Source: Gammaproteobacteria bacterium (GTDB lineage Bacteria; Pseudomonadota; Gammaproteobacteria; GCA-002705445; GCA-002716945). From it: a stretch of 64,000 bases of DNA. The notes under the pieces are model-generated. The model searched no databases. It was not told where the DNA came from and was given only the letters and a program-made list of their open reading frames with translations. Position numbers and translations under genes: made by a program. This document shows positions 1 through 10,112 of this stretch, piece by piece. Numbering within the stretch: position 1 is the stretch's first letter; every line of letters starts with the position of its first letter. The stretch lies in contig JADHNN010000006.1 in assembly GCA_016779485.1 (NCBI GenBank), forward strand, positions 2,202-66,201. Direction: 5' to 3'.

Positions 1-978
1 ATATATTAATCTTTCAAAATTACTTGATACTTGTATATCAATACTCGGAGATGATGTGCTTACAACATCCTTTATAGTGTGCACACCAGATTTCAAAGCA
101 ATATCTAATATATTGTTTTCATTAGTTGCAATATTAAGTTTTTTAAATTTAAGACCCATTTTTTTTGAAATATATCCCGCTAGAATATCGCCAAAGTTTC
201 CAGTTGGAACTGAGTAGACTATGTTTTCACTATTTTCAATCCTACTTGCAGAATAAAAATAATATGTAATCTGACACATAATTCTTGCCCAATTTATTGA
301 ATTAATTGCACCTAAATTATTAGATTTTTTATAATCATAATCAGAGAATATTTCTTTTATAATACTCTGACAGTCATCAAAGTTACCCTTAACTGCAATA
401 TTTATAACATTATCTGAATCTATAGTAGTCATAAATTTACGCTGTGTAGGTGAAATTAGATTATGAGGATGTAATATAAATACATTTGAAGATTGAATAC
501 TCTCAAAGCCATATATTGCAGCAGATCCAGTATCTCCTGATGTTGCACCAAGAATGTTAATTTTTTTATTATCCATATCCAAATAGTAACCCATAAGTCT
601 TCCGATAAACTGCATCGCAATATCTTTAAAGGCATATGTTGGCCCATAAAATAATTCCAACAAATATTCATTATTAGAAATTTTATTTACTGGTGTAATA
701 TTCTTATCTGTAAAAACTTTATAAGAGTCATCGATAAGTTCTTTAATTTTATTATCAGAGATTGAACCATCAACAAAGGGCTTAAAAATATGGAAAGCAA
801 TTTCTTGGTATGACATATTTGAAAAAGAATCTATTATCGATTGATCAATTTTTGGCCAGTATTCAGGAAGGTAGAGGCCGCCATCAGAAGCAAGTCCTTC
901 AAATATTACATCACTAAAAAATATTTCTTCTGCTTCGCCACGGGTACTCTTATATTTAAGAAACTTATTATTAGTCAT
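1..978 (-). CDS. thrC: Threonine synthase, 5' portion (the ORF runs off the window start)
   Basis: Reverse-strand translation from ATG at 976-978 gives MTNNKFLKYKSTRGEAEEIFFSDVIFEGLASDGGLYLPEYWP..., a typical ThrC N-terminus. It lies immediately downstream of hom, which is the hom-thrC synteny. Confidence 0.85.
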   Translation of the reverse strand, partial: MTNNKFLKYKSTRGEAEEIFFSDVIFEGLASDGGLYLPEYWPKIDQSIIDSFSNMSYQEIAFHIFKPFVDGSISDNKIKELIDDSYKVFTDKNITPVNKISNNEYLLELFYGPTYAFKDIAMQFIGRLMGYYLDMDNKKINILGATSGDTGSAAIYGFESIQSSNVFILHPHNLISPTQRKFMTTIDSDNVINIAVKGNFDDCQSIIKEIFSDYDYKKSNNLGAINSINWARIMCQITYYFYSASRIENSENIVYSVPTGNFGDILAGYISKKMGLKFKKLNIATNENNILDIALKSGVHTIKDVVSTSSPSIDIQVSSNFERLIY

Positions 979-982
979 TGTC

Positions 983-2260
983 TCAAAGAACTCTTATTAA
1001 ATTTACTTTTCCGTTGATATTATTTAAAGATTCTATTTTATTAATAGAAGATAATATTTTTTCATATGAAACAGAGTTAGTAATCATAACTATAGGAATG
1101 AGTTTTTCTGACTCCAATGGTTCATGTTGAGTAACAGCCTCAATACTAATATCATGTGATGCTAGTGTTGATGTCACCTCGGCCATTACTCCGGGGACAT
1201 CATTAGCGAATATTCTTAAGTAATACTGTGTTGAGATTTTATTGATATCAATAATATTCTTTCTAGAAAATAAATACTCATCATTTTTGTTTTCATTAGA
1301 TATATATTTTTTAAAAATACAAAAATCTTTTATGTTTGAAACAACTGCGGAAGCTGTAGCCTCTCCACCTGCTCCATGTCCATAAAGCAAAGATGTTCCA
1401 AAGCGATCGCCTATTGTTCGCACTGCATTCATTACTCCATCTACATTGGACAAAATATTTGAATTATGAATAAGAACAGGGTGAGCTCTACATTCAATGT
1501 CCTCGTCAGTGACTTTTGTAATAGCTACATGCTTTATCGTATAACCCAATTCTTTTGAATAGTCTATATCCATACTGTCAATATTTTCAATCCCCTCAAT
1601 GTACATATTTTTATAGGGTGACTTAATTTTATACGCAAGCATTGCAAGAATAGATATCTTATGAGCTGCATCAAATCCTCCAATATCAAAAGTTGGATCT
1701 GCTTCTGCATATCCTAACTCTTGAGCCATACTTAAAGCCTCTGAAAAGTTTTTATTACTTGAAGACATCTGATCTAATATATAGTTACAAGTGCCATTAA
1801 TAATTCCACTGATAGATGAGATAGTTTCATTTAACATATTATGTGAAAGAGAGTTAATAATAGGTACAGCTCCAGCCACAGCGGCTTCAAAACCAAAGTA
1901 GACATTATGTTTATTAGAAAGCTGAAATAATTCATCTCCATGTTCAGCAATTAGAGCTTTATTAGCAGTGATAACAGATTTATTATTTTCGATAGCTTTC
2001 GTGACTAATTCTTTTGCTACGTCTACGCCACCAACTAATTCAATTATTAAATCACAATCTGATTGAACAATGCTGAGAATATCAGATGAGAACTGAATGT
2101 TGTCATCCTCGAACTTTTTCTTTTGAATGGATCTATCTGCAATCACAGATATTGTTATTTTTTCATTGCAGTTATTAGATATTAAATCTTGATATTTAAG
2201 AAAATGACTTACTAAGTTTTTTCCTACTGTACCAAAACCACACACACCTATCTTAAACAT
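983..2260 (-). CDS. hom: Homoserine dehydrogenase
   Basis: 425 aa. N-terminal NAD-binding GVCGFGTVG motif, a C-terminal ACT domain, and thrC directly downstream. Confidence 0.92.
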   Translation of the reverse strand: MFKIGVCGFGTVGKNLVSHFLKYQDLISNNCNEKITISVIADRSIQKKKFEDDNIQFSSDILSIVQSDCDLIIELVGGVDVAKELVTKAIENNKSVITANKALIAEHGDELFQLSNKHNVYFGFEAAVAGAVPIINSLSHNMLNETISSISGIINGTCNYILDQMSSSNKNFSEALSMAQELGYAEADPTFDIGGFDAAHKISILAMLAYKIKSPYKNMYIEGIENIDSMDIDYSKELGYTIKHVAITKVTDEDIECRAHPVLIHNSNILSNVDGVMNAVRTIGDRFGTSLLYGHGAGGEATASAVVSNIKDFCIFKKYISNENKNDEYLFSRKNIIDINKISTQYYLRIFANDVPGVMAEVTSTLASHDISIEAVTQHEPLESEKLIPIVMITNSVSYEKILSSINKIESLNNINGKVNLIRVL

Positions 2261-2318
2261 TTAGACTCCTATATAATGTGGATATAATATCATAATAATA
2301 TCGAATTTCGCTTAGATT

Positions 2319-2681
2319 ATGGAACTAGTTGAAGACAAATATATTAATGAATTTAGTATTAATAAATATATAGATAATACTATTATAATTAATAATTTCT
2401 CACATAAAAATCCAATCGTCTATAACCAGAGAGAAATAATTTCGTTTCCAGTTATAAAATCAAATTTAATACAACTAAAAGATATAGAAAGCTATCTTGA
2501 TACAATTGATATGATTCTTATAGGAACTGGAATAGATGTAATTCTACCAGATGAAGGGTTTATTAGAGTTTTACATGAAAAAAACAAAGGTTTAGAATTT
2601 ATGAATACAACATCTGCATGCAAAACGCATAATTTATTATTATCAGAGAATCGCTCATTTATCTCAATACTCTATCCATAA
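2319..2681 (+). CDS. Small conserved protein, Mth938/DUF498-like
   Basis: 120 aa. It has an ILIGTG...ILPDE core and a C-terminal TTSACKTHNLLLSE segment, which recalls Mth938-domain proteins. The family assignment is a guess. Confidence 0.45.
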   Translation: MELVEDKYINEFSINKYIDNTIIINNFSHKNPIVYNQREIISFPVIKSNLIQLKDIESYLDTIDMILIGTGIDVILPDEGFIRVLHEKNKGLEFMNTTSACKTHNLLLSENRSFISILYP

Positions 2682-3221
2682 AATAATTATTACAAATATT
2701 ATTGCCAATAATAGTAAATATTTATTGATCAATTTAAGTATAGATTCACCATATTTATTACATATGAATGCAACTAAAAAGAATCTTGCAGAACGACCAA
2801 TAATTGATATTAGTATGAAAAGAAAAATATTATAGCTCATTACTCCAGCACTAATAGTAAAAACTTTATAAGGTATTGGAGTAAATGCAGAAATAAATAA
2901 AAAAATAATTCCATAGATTTCAAATAGACTCTTAGCAGAAATAAAATCATCATACTTGTTAAACTGGTGAAGGTATGGTTCAATAAATTCAAATAAATAG
3001 AGACCTAAATAATAGCCAACTATTCCTCCTAATACTGACCATATTGAAGCTATGATTGTGATATTTACCCAATTATGCTTTTTAGAGAGGACCATTGGTG
3101 CTAATAACGCATCAGTAGGTATTGGGAAAAAAATAGATTCAAAAAAACTTAATATTCTTAAATACATTATCGAATTTTTTGAACCACAACTATCAATAAA
3201 TGTAGAAATAATCTTATTCAT
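2664..3221 (-). CDS. DedA/SNARE-associated family inner-membrane protein
   Basis: 185 aa with multiple TM helices and DedA-like spacing. Confidence 0.6.
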   Translation of the reverse strand: MNKIISTFIDSCGSKNSIMYLRILSFFESIFFPIPTDALLAPMVLSKKHNWVNITIIASIWSVLGGIVGYYLGLYLFEFIEPYLHQFNKYDDFISAKSLFEIYGIIFLFISAFTPIPYKVFTISAGVMSYNIFLFILISIIGRSARFFLVAFICNKYGESILKLINKYLLLLAIIFVIIILWIEY

Positions 3222-3885
3222 TGATTTCTACACCTGGAAGTAGCGGTACAAAGAATACATCTTCAACAATTTTTTTTATGATTCCGTTTTTTGTATTTTT
3301 GAGTTTGACTAGTTTCTGATTTTTGTTATCAATTAATGGAAGAACTATCCTTCCATTCTCTGATATTTGGGAAATGAGATTATCAGGAATACTTTCAGCC
3401 GCGGCTGTAATAATAACAGCATCATATGGGCTATTAGGCAAATAACCTAAGTGGCCATCGCCCAAAACAAATGATATATTTTTAAAACCTAGTTGTAATA
3501 GATTCTTTTTTGATTTTTCATGTAATGAAGATATTCTCTCAATTGTAGTAACCTTTTTAAATAACATTGATAATATAGATGTTTGATATCCTGAACCTGT
3601 TCCAATCTCAAGAACATTAATCATCGAGTCTGTTTCATGAATAAGTTCGGTCATTCTTGCAACCATATATGGTTGAGATATAGTCTGTTTAAATCCTATT
3701 GGTAAAGATACATTTTCATATGCTCTATTTGCCAATGCAGTATCAATAAAAAGATGTCTTGGCATGTGAGAAATAAGATTCATAACTTCGGAATTTTTTA
3801 TACCTAGTCTCTTGAGTTCATTAATAAGCTTTTCTCTGCTGGCAAGTGAAGTGAGGCCTGAACCTATGATTTTATCGATATTCAT
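3214..3885 (-). CDS. pcm: Protein-L-isoaspartate O-methyltransferase
   Basis: 223 aa with the SAM-binding motif VLEIGTGSGYQT. It is adjacent to surE, which is the surE-pcm synteny. Confidence 0.9.
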   Translation of the reverse strand: MNIDKIIGSGLTSLASREKLINELKRLGIKNSEVMNLISHMPRHLFIDTALANRAYENVSLPIGFKQTISQPYMVARMTELIHETDSMINVLEIGTGSGYQTSILSMLFKKVTTIERISSLHEKSKKNLLQLGFKNISFVLGDGHLGYLPNSPYDAVIITAAAESIPDNLISQISENGRIVLPLIDNKNQKLVKLKNTKNGIIKKIVEDVFFVPLLPGVEINE

Positions 3886-3890
3886 ATTAG

Positions 3891-4613
3891 TTATTTTATT
3901 TTTTTATAAGTAACATTGTCAGTCATATCAATTTTAAGAGGCGTGATCGAAATAAAACCTTTTCTAACTATATCAAAGTCACATCCAGGAGATATCAATC
4001 CTTTACCGACGTTTCCAATATTATAAAATGTTTTTTTATCTTTAAGTGCAAGTGATGCTCTTTTAGATATTTCTCTTCTACCTTGTTTTGTAATTTTTAT
4101 TCCTTTTATTTTGACTAGCGGTAAATCAGGTATATTAATGTTTAGAATAGATTTATATTGTATTAAGTTTTTAAATATATATTCAATTATATAAGATAAT
4201 TTCTCATTTAAGTCATTCAAGTATTTTGGCTCTCTAGAAGTTATTGATATCGCTACACTTCCATATTTTGAATGTCTGCCTTCTATTGCTGCTCCTAATG
4301 TGCCTGAGTAAATTACATCATCGCCCATGTTTGAACCTAAATTGACACCACTAAATACTATATCAGGATATTTTTTAAGAATCCCTCTTGTAGCAATATT
4401 CACGCAATCAGCTGGAGTGCCATAAACTTTATAGTAATTATTTTCTATTCTATCTATACGAACTGGGTTATGAACACTTAGACTACTACTTGAAGCGCTA
4501 ATATCCTTATTTGGTGCAACAGTTATGACTTTGCCATATTCTTTTAACACAGTCTGCAGTGCAATCAATCCTAATGATTTATATCCATCATCATTGGATA
4601 ACAAAATATTCAC
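3891..4613 (-). CDS. surE: 5'/3'-nucleotidase SurE. The start is probably the GTG at 4611-4613; the ORF track extends to 4748.
   Basis: The conserved SurE N-terminus (V/M)NILLSNDDG begins at the GTG. The 45-aa upstream extension in the track ORF has no SurE counterpart and would overlap the divergent Smr gene. Confidence 0.85.
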   Translation of the reverse strand: MNILLSNDDGYKSLGLIALQTVLKEYGKVITVAPNKDISASSSSLSVHNPVRIDRIENNYYKVYGTPADCVNIATRGILKKYPDIVFSGVNLGSNMGDDVIYSGTLGAAIEGRHSKYGSVAISITSREPKYLNDLNEKLSYIIEYIFKNLIQYKSILNINIPDLPLVKIKGIKITKQGRREISKRASLALKDKKTFYNIGNVGKGLISPGCDFDIVRKGFISITPLKIDMTDNVTYKKIK

Positions 4614-4632
4614 AAATACTCCATATATAGAT

Positions 4633-5160
4633 ATGATTAAAGTACATAGTATAGCTTTATCACCTATGAAAAAAGATAAAAGAATAAAAGAATTAGATGA
4701 TTGGTTGAAAAACTCAACAAATGAAGATTTTTCTTCTGAAGATAACATCGCTCCTAAAGAAGATGAAATTGAAATGTTTGATTATGATTTTGATCAAATT
4801 TTATTAATTGATAATAATTATGGTAAGTTTGAATATAGAAGAAATGGAGTGCAAGAATATGTACTCAACAAACTTAAGAAAAAGAAAGTTTCAGATATTT
4901 TGGATACTATAGACCTTCATGGCGAAACAGTGAAAGATGCTATAAATAGGCTTAATGATTTCTTTATAAATTCCTACTCAAATGACGTAGAATATTTAAA
5001 TGTAATATGCGGTAAGGGAATAAATAGTGTTAATAAGATACCCAAGATAAAAATTACAACACAAGCATATATTAAAAGGTCAAAGATAGTTAATGCTGCA
5101 TGCTCTGCTAGTGATAGAGATGGTGGAGTTGGTGTTATAAAAGTTAAATTAAAAAATTAA
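4633..5160 (+). CDS. Smr-domain protein (SmrB-like endonuclease)
   Basis: C-terminal Smr domain (DLHGETVKDAINRL...VICGKG). The track ORF starts at 4525 inside surE, and the ATG at 4633 (MIKVHS...) is more plausible. Confidence 0.7.
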   Translation: MIKVHSIALSPMKKDKRIKELDDWLKNSTNEDFSSEDNIAPKEDEIEMFDYDFDQILLIDNNYGKFEYRRNGVQEYVLNKLKKKKVSDILDTIDLHGETVKDAINRLNDFFINSYSNDVEYLNVICGKGINSVNKIPKIKITTQAYIKRSKIVNAACSASDRDGGVGVIKVKLKN

Positions 5161-5850
5161 TTCTCTTTCTCTATTATTCAGATAACGATATTCACCTTCT
5201 TTCATATCATCTAGCTCAATAAAAGAATATTTTGATCTATGAAGTTTCATTGTCTTGATATTTATAGAAGACAAAGAATTTCTAATTTCTCTATTTTTAC
5301 CTGTGGAAAGGATAATTTTATAAAAATTATTTCCTTCTAGTGATATGTAATCAAATTTTCCTATTTCTCCATTATTAATAGGAACTCCAGTAAGCAGTTT
5401 ATCAATTTCTATTTTTGTCATTTCCTTATTAGTATGAAGTAAATATTCTCTAGTATGCGAAGATGATGGATGCATGAGCTTGTTTGCAATATCCCCATCA
5501 TTAGTAAATAAAAGTAAACCACTCGTTTGAATATCCAATCGTCCAATATTTATCCATTTGCCTTCAACTTCTGGCAGATTATCAAAAACTGTAACTGAAT
5601 TATGTGGATCAGCCCGGCTTACTACTTCACCTAAAGGCTTATAATATTTAATTATCTCAAGTTTCATTTGAGAAATATTAGGAATATTTATTATTTGATC
5701 ATTTATTTTAACTATATCTCCTTTATTCCATTTATCACCAACTTGAGCAATAGAATCATTGATTTTAATTTTTCTAGATTCAATTAATCTCTCAGCAGTT
5801 CTTCTAGAGCAATAACCTATTAATGAAAGTAATTTTTGAAGTCTATACAT
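5149..5850 (-). CDS. rluB: Pseudouridine synthase with S4 domain, RluB/RsuA family
   Basis: N-terminal S4 domain (LQKLLSLIGYCSRRTAERLI) and an RsuA-type catalytic core (YYKPLGEVVSR, GRLDIQTSGLLLFTNDG). Confidence 0.8.
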   Translation of the reverse strand: MYRLQKLLSLIGYCSRRTAERLIESRKIKINDSIAQVGDKWNKGDIVKINDQIINIPNISQMKLEIIKYYKPLGEVVSRADPHNSVTVFDNLPEVEGKWINIGRLDIQTSGLLLFTNDGDIANKLMHPSSSHTREYLLHTNKEMTKIEIDKLLTGVPINNGEIGKFDYISLEGNNFYKIILSTGKNREIRNSLSSINIKTMKLHRSKYSFIELDDMKEGEYRYLNNRERELIF

Positions 5851-5880
5851 ATACCTGATAATTGATTATATTAATTAATT

Positions 5881-6381
5881 ATGAAAAAGCTAAATATAAC
5901 AATTGTTATTGTATCTGATACAAGAACACATGAAACAGATAAATCAGGAAAAAAACTTGTCGATATGATTACACGCGAGGGACATACAATTGTTAAAAAA
6001 ATTATAGTAAAAGATAATATATATGAAATTAGAAAGACTGCCTCAGATTATATTCTAGATAATGAAATTGATGTGGTTATACTCAGCGGCGGAACAGGAA
6101 TTACAGGTTCTGATGGTACACCTGAAGCTATTGAGCCTCTTCTTGATAAAAAAATAGATGGATTTGGGGAGATATTTAGATTGAAATCATACGAAAAAAT
6201 AAAAACATCATCCTTGCAGTCAAGAGCGATAGCTGGTGTTGCAAATAGGACATTCATTTTTGTTTTACCTGGCTCGCTTGATGCATGTAAAACTGCATGG
6301 AATGATGTGATAAGCCATCAACTAAATAGCGATACTAAGCCGTGTAATCTGGTTATGTTGATGCCTAGACTAAAAGAATAA
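5881..6381 (+). CDS. moaB: Molybdenum cofactor biosynthesis protein B (MoaB/MogA family)
   Basis: The motifs GGTGITGSDGTPEA and FGEIFRLKSYEKIKTSSLQSRAIAGVANRTFIFVLPGS...PCN closely parallel E. coli MoaB. Confidence 0.8.
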   Translation: MKKLNITIVIVSDTRTHETDKSGKKLVDMITREGHTIVKKIIVKDNIYEIRKTASDYILDNEIDVVILSGGTGITGSDGTPEAIEPLLDKKIDGFGEIFRLKSYEKIKTSSLQSRAIAGVANRTFIFVLPGSLDACKTAWNDVISHQLNSDTKPCNLVMLMPRLKE

Positions 6382-6906
6382 CTAGATACTTTCTACGTCA
6401 GATATTTCAGGAAGATCAGAAAGTTTATTTTTATTAAAGTAATCTAAAAACTTAGTCGTTGTGCCAAACAGCTCTGGTTTACCAGGTGATTCTTTATGAC
6501 CAACAACTTTTATCCATTCGAGTTCTAAAAGAGTTCTTATAATATTTGAATTTACAGCTATTCCTCTTATCTCTTCAATATCACCACGAGTAACTGGTTG
6601 TTTATAAGCAATAATAGCTGTAGTTTCTAAAAAAGCTTTTGAGAACTTATTTGTTCCTTTGTCTTTAAGTTTCGTTATGTATGCTTCAAGACCATTTTTT
6701 GCCTGAAATCTATAACCGCTTGCAACTTTACTTATATGTATTGCTTTATTTCTATATTCTTGATTAAGGTTATCGATAGATTTTTCTATCTGATTTTTAG
6801 TAATAGAGTCATCATCAAGTATCTTTATTAAGCTTGACAGAGACATTGGTTCGTCGCTAACAAGAAGTAAACATTCAATTGTATTTTCGAGAGAATATTT
6901 CATCAT
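6382..6906 (-). CDS. scpB: Segregation and condensation protein B
   Basis: 174 aa with the winged-helix ScpB signature TRGDIEEIRG. It sits downstream of scpA. Confidence 0.85.
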   Translation of the reverse strand: MMKYSLENTIECLLLVSDEPMSLSSLIKILDDDSITKNQIEKSIDNLNQEYRNKAIHISKVASGYRFQAKNGLEAYITKLKDKGTNKFSKAFLETTAIIAYKQPVTRGDIEEIRGIAVNSNIIRTLLELEWIKVVGHKESPGKPELFGTTTKFLDYFNKNKLSDLPEISDVESI

Positions 6907-7715
6907 TTTATATTTATATAAATCTTCGACATCGATTCATTCTGAATTATGTCGACTAAAGATTCTTTAACAAGTTCTAATAAAGCAAGAAACGTAACTA
7001 TAATACCTAATCTTCCTTCTTCCACATTAAATAACTTGATAAATTCTACATTTTCCCTATCTTTTATCATATATAATATTGATGTCATTCTTTCTCTTAC
7101 AGATAATGTTTCTGCCATTATGTTATGCGTCGAGAATATTTCAGCTCTCTTCAAAACATCAATAAAAGCTCTCTTAAGAAGTTCTATTTTGATGTCCGGC
7201 ATCTCAATAGTTTTAGATTTCTTTACATCAATCGCATTTGAAACGACAAAAAAATCTCTGTTATTTCTAGACATATCATCAATCTGCTCTGATGCATTTT
7301 TATATTTCTGATATTCTAATAATCGTTTAATAAGGTTTGCTCTCGGATCTTCTTCTTCTTCAGTTTCTGGTTCTACTGGTAATAGGAGTTTTGATTTAAT
7401 CTCTGTCAGCGTAGACGCCATTACTAAATAATCGGCCGCTAGCTCAAACTGCATTTCCTCCATAATTGAGATGTAATGCATATACTGTTCAGTAATAGGT
7501 AAGATTGGGAGATTAGTTATATCTATATTTTGTTTTTTAATTAGATATAAAAGTAAATCTAAAGGCCCTTCAAACTCTTCTAAAATTACACGTAAATGCT
7601 CTGGTGGAATAAATAAATCATCAGGTATATCAGAAATGGTTCTACCATTATATATTGCAGTTATATTATTCAAAATTGAATCCCATAATCTTATTAACAT
7701 CCTTGATTGTCTCAT
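6903..7715 (-). CDS. scpA: Segregation and condensation protein A
   Basis: Conserved FEGPLDLLLYLIKKQNIDI motif. The ORF overlaps the 3' end of trpS, so the true start may be an internal Met. Confidence 0.85.
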   Translation of the reverse strand: MRQSRMLIRLWDSILNNITAIYNGRTISDIPDDLFIPPEHLRVILEEFEGPLDLLLYLIKKQNIDITNLPILPITEQYMHYISIMEEMQFELAADYLVMASTLTEIKSKLLLPVEPETEEEEDPRANLIKRLLEYQKYKNASEQIDDMSRNNRDFFVVSNAIDVKKSKTIEMPDIKIELLKRAFIDVLKRAEIFSTHNIMAETLSVRERMTSILYMIKDRENVEFIKLFNVEEGRLGIIVTFLALLELVKESLVDIIQNESMSKIYINIK

Positions 7716-8670
7716 GAGCTCTCTCAGATGCTTTAGCAGATCCCTCTTTCAAAGTATCCTGTAAATACTTAGAATCTTGTCTAATTTTTTTTATCTCACT
7801 AGATATTGGCTCAACTAAGCTAATGACAATGTTTTTCATTTCAGATTTAAAATATGAAATCTCTTTATTTGCAAATATTTCTATAACTTTATCTTTGCTT
7901 ATATTAGAAATAGAGCTATAAATTGTAATTAGATTATTAATTTCTGGTCGGGTGTTAAGCTCGTCATAAGATGAAGGCATGTTCATTGAATCAGATTTAG
8001 CTTTATTGACTTTATTCGAAATATCATCATTAGAATCAGTCAAAAGTATTCTAGAGTACTTAGATATATCTGATTTACTCATTTTATTATTAGCATCGCG
8101 AAGACTCATAACTCTGGGTGCATCTTTGTTTATAATTGGATCCGGGAGTTTAAAATATAACTGATCATAGTCTGTATTAAATTTATGAGCTATATCTCTG
8201 GTTAATTCAAGATGCTGCTTCTGATCGTCCCCGACAGGGACTTTATTAGCATGATACAATAAAATATCTGCAGCCATTAAAACCGGGTACGCATATAATC
8301 CAAGTGAAGCATTATCGCGATTTTTTCCAGCTTTATCCTTAAATTGTGTCATTCTATTAAGCCAGCCTACTCTAGCAGTGCAACTCAGATACCAAGACAG
8401 AACGCTATGCTCTCTAACTGCAGATTGATTAAAGAGAATACATTTTTTCGGATCCAAGCCACACGCTAAGAAAATAGCCAGGACACTATAGACATTCGCT
8501 CTTAATTCTGCGGGATCCTGAAAGACTGTTATAGCATGTTGATCTACAATGCAAAAGATTGAATCAGAGTCATTTTGAAATGTGAGAAATTGCTTAATCG
8601 CACCTAGATAGTTACCCAAATGAATTTCACCAGTAGGCTGAACCCCGGAAAATACTGTATCTTTAGACAT
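7666..8670 (-). CDS. trpS: Tryptophan--tRNA ligase
   Basis: 334 aa with the class I HIGH-like motif (GEIHLGNYLG) and KMSKS. Confidence 0.92.
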   Translation of the reverse strand: MSKDTVFSGVQPTGEIHLGNYLGAIKQFLTFQNDSDSIFCIVDQHAITVFQDPAELRANVYSVLAIFLACGLDPKKCILFNQSAVREHSVLSWYLSCTARVGWLNRMTQFKDKAGKNRDNASLGLYAYPVLMAADILLYHANKVPVGDDQKQHLELTRDIAHKFNTDYDQLYFKLPDPIINKDAPRVMSLRDANNKMSKSDISKYSRILLTDSNDDISNKVNKAKSDSMNMPSSYDELNTRPEINNLITIYSSISNISKDKVIEIFANKEISYFKSEMKNIVISLVEPISSEIKKIRQDSKYLQDTLKEGSAKASERAHETIKDVNKIMGFNFE

Positions 8671-8758
8671 ATAAAGAAGAAATCATATGCTTGTATTTTA
8701 ACATAATCATATAATTAAGGTACTCTATAAATTTTTTAATATATGATTATAATGAAGT

Positions 8759-9025
8759 ATGAGTGCGATGCGAATTAAACTAATTAAGAAAGGTTTAGAA
8801 AAGCTTAATCCTAAAAATATTGAAATTGAAGATGAAGGTCATTTGCATGTTGGGCATGCTGGCGCAAAATCAGGTGGTCATTTTAAATTGTCCATCGTCT
8901 CGGAATCATTTAATGGATTGAGTCAAATAAATAGGCATAAGCTTATATACAAAACGCTTGACGAATTAATGAAAACTGAAATTCATGCATTATCTATAAG
9001 CGCAAAAACACCATCGGAACTATAA
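8759..9025 (+). CDS. BolA family protein
   Basis: 88 aa with the EDEGHLHVGHAG...HFKLSIVS BolA signature. Confidence 0.8.
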   Translation: MSAMRIKLIKKGLEKLNPKNIEIEDEGHLHVGHAGAKSGGHFKLSIVSESFNGLSQINRHKLIYKTLDELMKTEIHALSISAKTPSEL

Positions 9026-9481
9026 GCTAAGCTTGAGTACATAAGCGTCTTCACGACCATTTTCAGATTCATAGTATCCGCGTCTAATGCCAATGCTTTT
9101 AAATTTTAGCTTATGGTATAGTGCTTGTGCTTCATTGTTGCTAGCTCTTACTTCTAAAATTATATCTTCAGATTTTCTAAGTTTTGCGTCATTAATAACT
9201 AAGTTTATCAATGATTGTCCGATACCTTTTCTTCTGAAAGCTGTGTTCACCGTTAAATTGAGAATATGAGTTTCTGGATAAGTAATTTTTGAAATAATAT
9301 ATCCAATAAGTTCATTATTAAAAAAAACTGAGAAAGAATTGTAATTATATAAGATACAATCTCTTAATATTTCTTTAGTCCACGGAAAAGAGTATGACGC
9401 AAGCTCAAGTTCGTAAACTTCATCCAAATCATTTATTGTCATTGGGGTGATATTATATAAATCTACACTTCTAGCAGACAT
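9020..9481 (-). CDS. rimI: Ribosomal-protein-alanine N-acetyltransferase (GNAT)
   Basis: 153 aa with the GNAT motif RRKGIGQSL. It is next to a family-4 UDG gene, a common pairing. Confidence 0.75.
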   Translation of the reverse strand: MSARSVDLYNITPMTINDLDEVYELELASYSFPWTKEILRDCILYNYNSFSVFFNNELIGYIISKITYPETHILNLTVNTAFRRKGIGQSLINLVINDAKLRKSEDIILEVRASNNEAQALYHKLKFKSIGIRRGYYESENGREDAYVLKLSL

Positions 9482-10112
9482 TAATGTTTTCTCTCATAAA
9501 TAATATATCATCCCATACTTTCTTTTTTTCGCTGGGACTTCTTAAAAGGTATGCGGGATGATAGAAGACTAAGGTAGGAATATTAGTTTCTTTATAATAA
9601 TGTATGTTTGATCTCAATTTTGCCATAGGTTCAGAGGTGTTTAAAATTCTTTCTGCAGCTATTTTTCCAAGGAGAATAATAACCTTAGGTGATATTAGGC
9701 TAATTTGTTTATCAAGAAAATGTGCACAAGATGATATCTCTGTACTATTAGGGTTTCTATTTTCAGGTGGACGGCATTTTACAGTATTAGTAATGTATAC
9801 ATCATTCCTTGAGAGATTAATTGAGAAAAGAATTTCTGTAAGTAATTTGCCAGCCCTTCCTATGAAGGGTTCTCCTATTAAGTCCTCTTCTTTACCAGGA
9901 GCTTCACCAATTATCAATATATCTGCCTTTTCATTTCCTTCACCAAAAACAACATTATTTCTACCATTGGCTAGTTGACATTTTTGACAATTATTAGCCT
10001 CAAGTTGTAATTGACTGAAACTCTGTAAGTCATAATTAGTATTATTTTTAGTCTTTAACCAAGATGTATCTATGTTCATGAGAGTCAGTAACTCTTTTTT
10101 TCTAGAAATCAT
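9471..10112 (-). CDS. Uracil-DNA glycosylase, family 4
   Basis: The motifs GEAPGKEEDLIGEPFIGRAGKLL and HPAYLLR are typical of family-4 UDG. Confidence 0.8.
   Translation of the reverse strand: MISRKKELLTLMNIDTSWLKTKNNTNYDLQSFSQLQLEANNCQKCQLANGRNNVVFGEGNEKADILIIGEAPGKEEDLIGEPFIGRAGKLLTEILFSINLSRNDVYITNTVKCRPPENRNPNSTEISSCAHFLDKQISLISPKVIILLGKIAAERILNTSEPMAKLRSNIHYYKETNIPTLVFYHPAYLLRSPSEKKKVWDDILFMRENINVC

Noticed and set aside
456-671. 71-aa ORF on the minus strand inside thrC
   Set aside because: It is in a different frame from the well-supported thrC reading frame, has a low-complexity sequence and has no homology signal. It is a chance ORF.
5851-5880. Possible Moco riboswitch upstream of moaB
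   Set aside because: The intergenic spacer is only about 30 bp, which is far too short for the roughly 130-nt Moco riboswitch.
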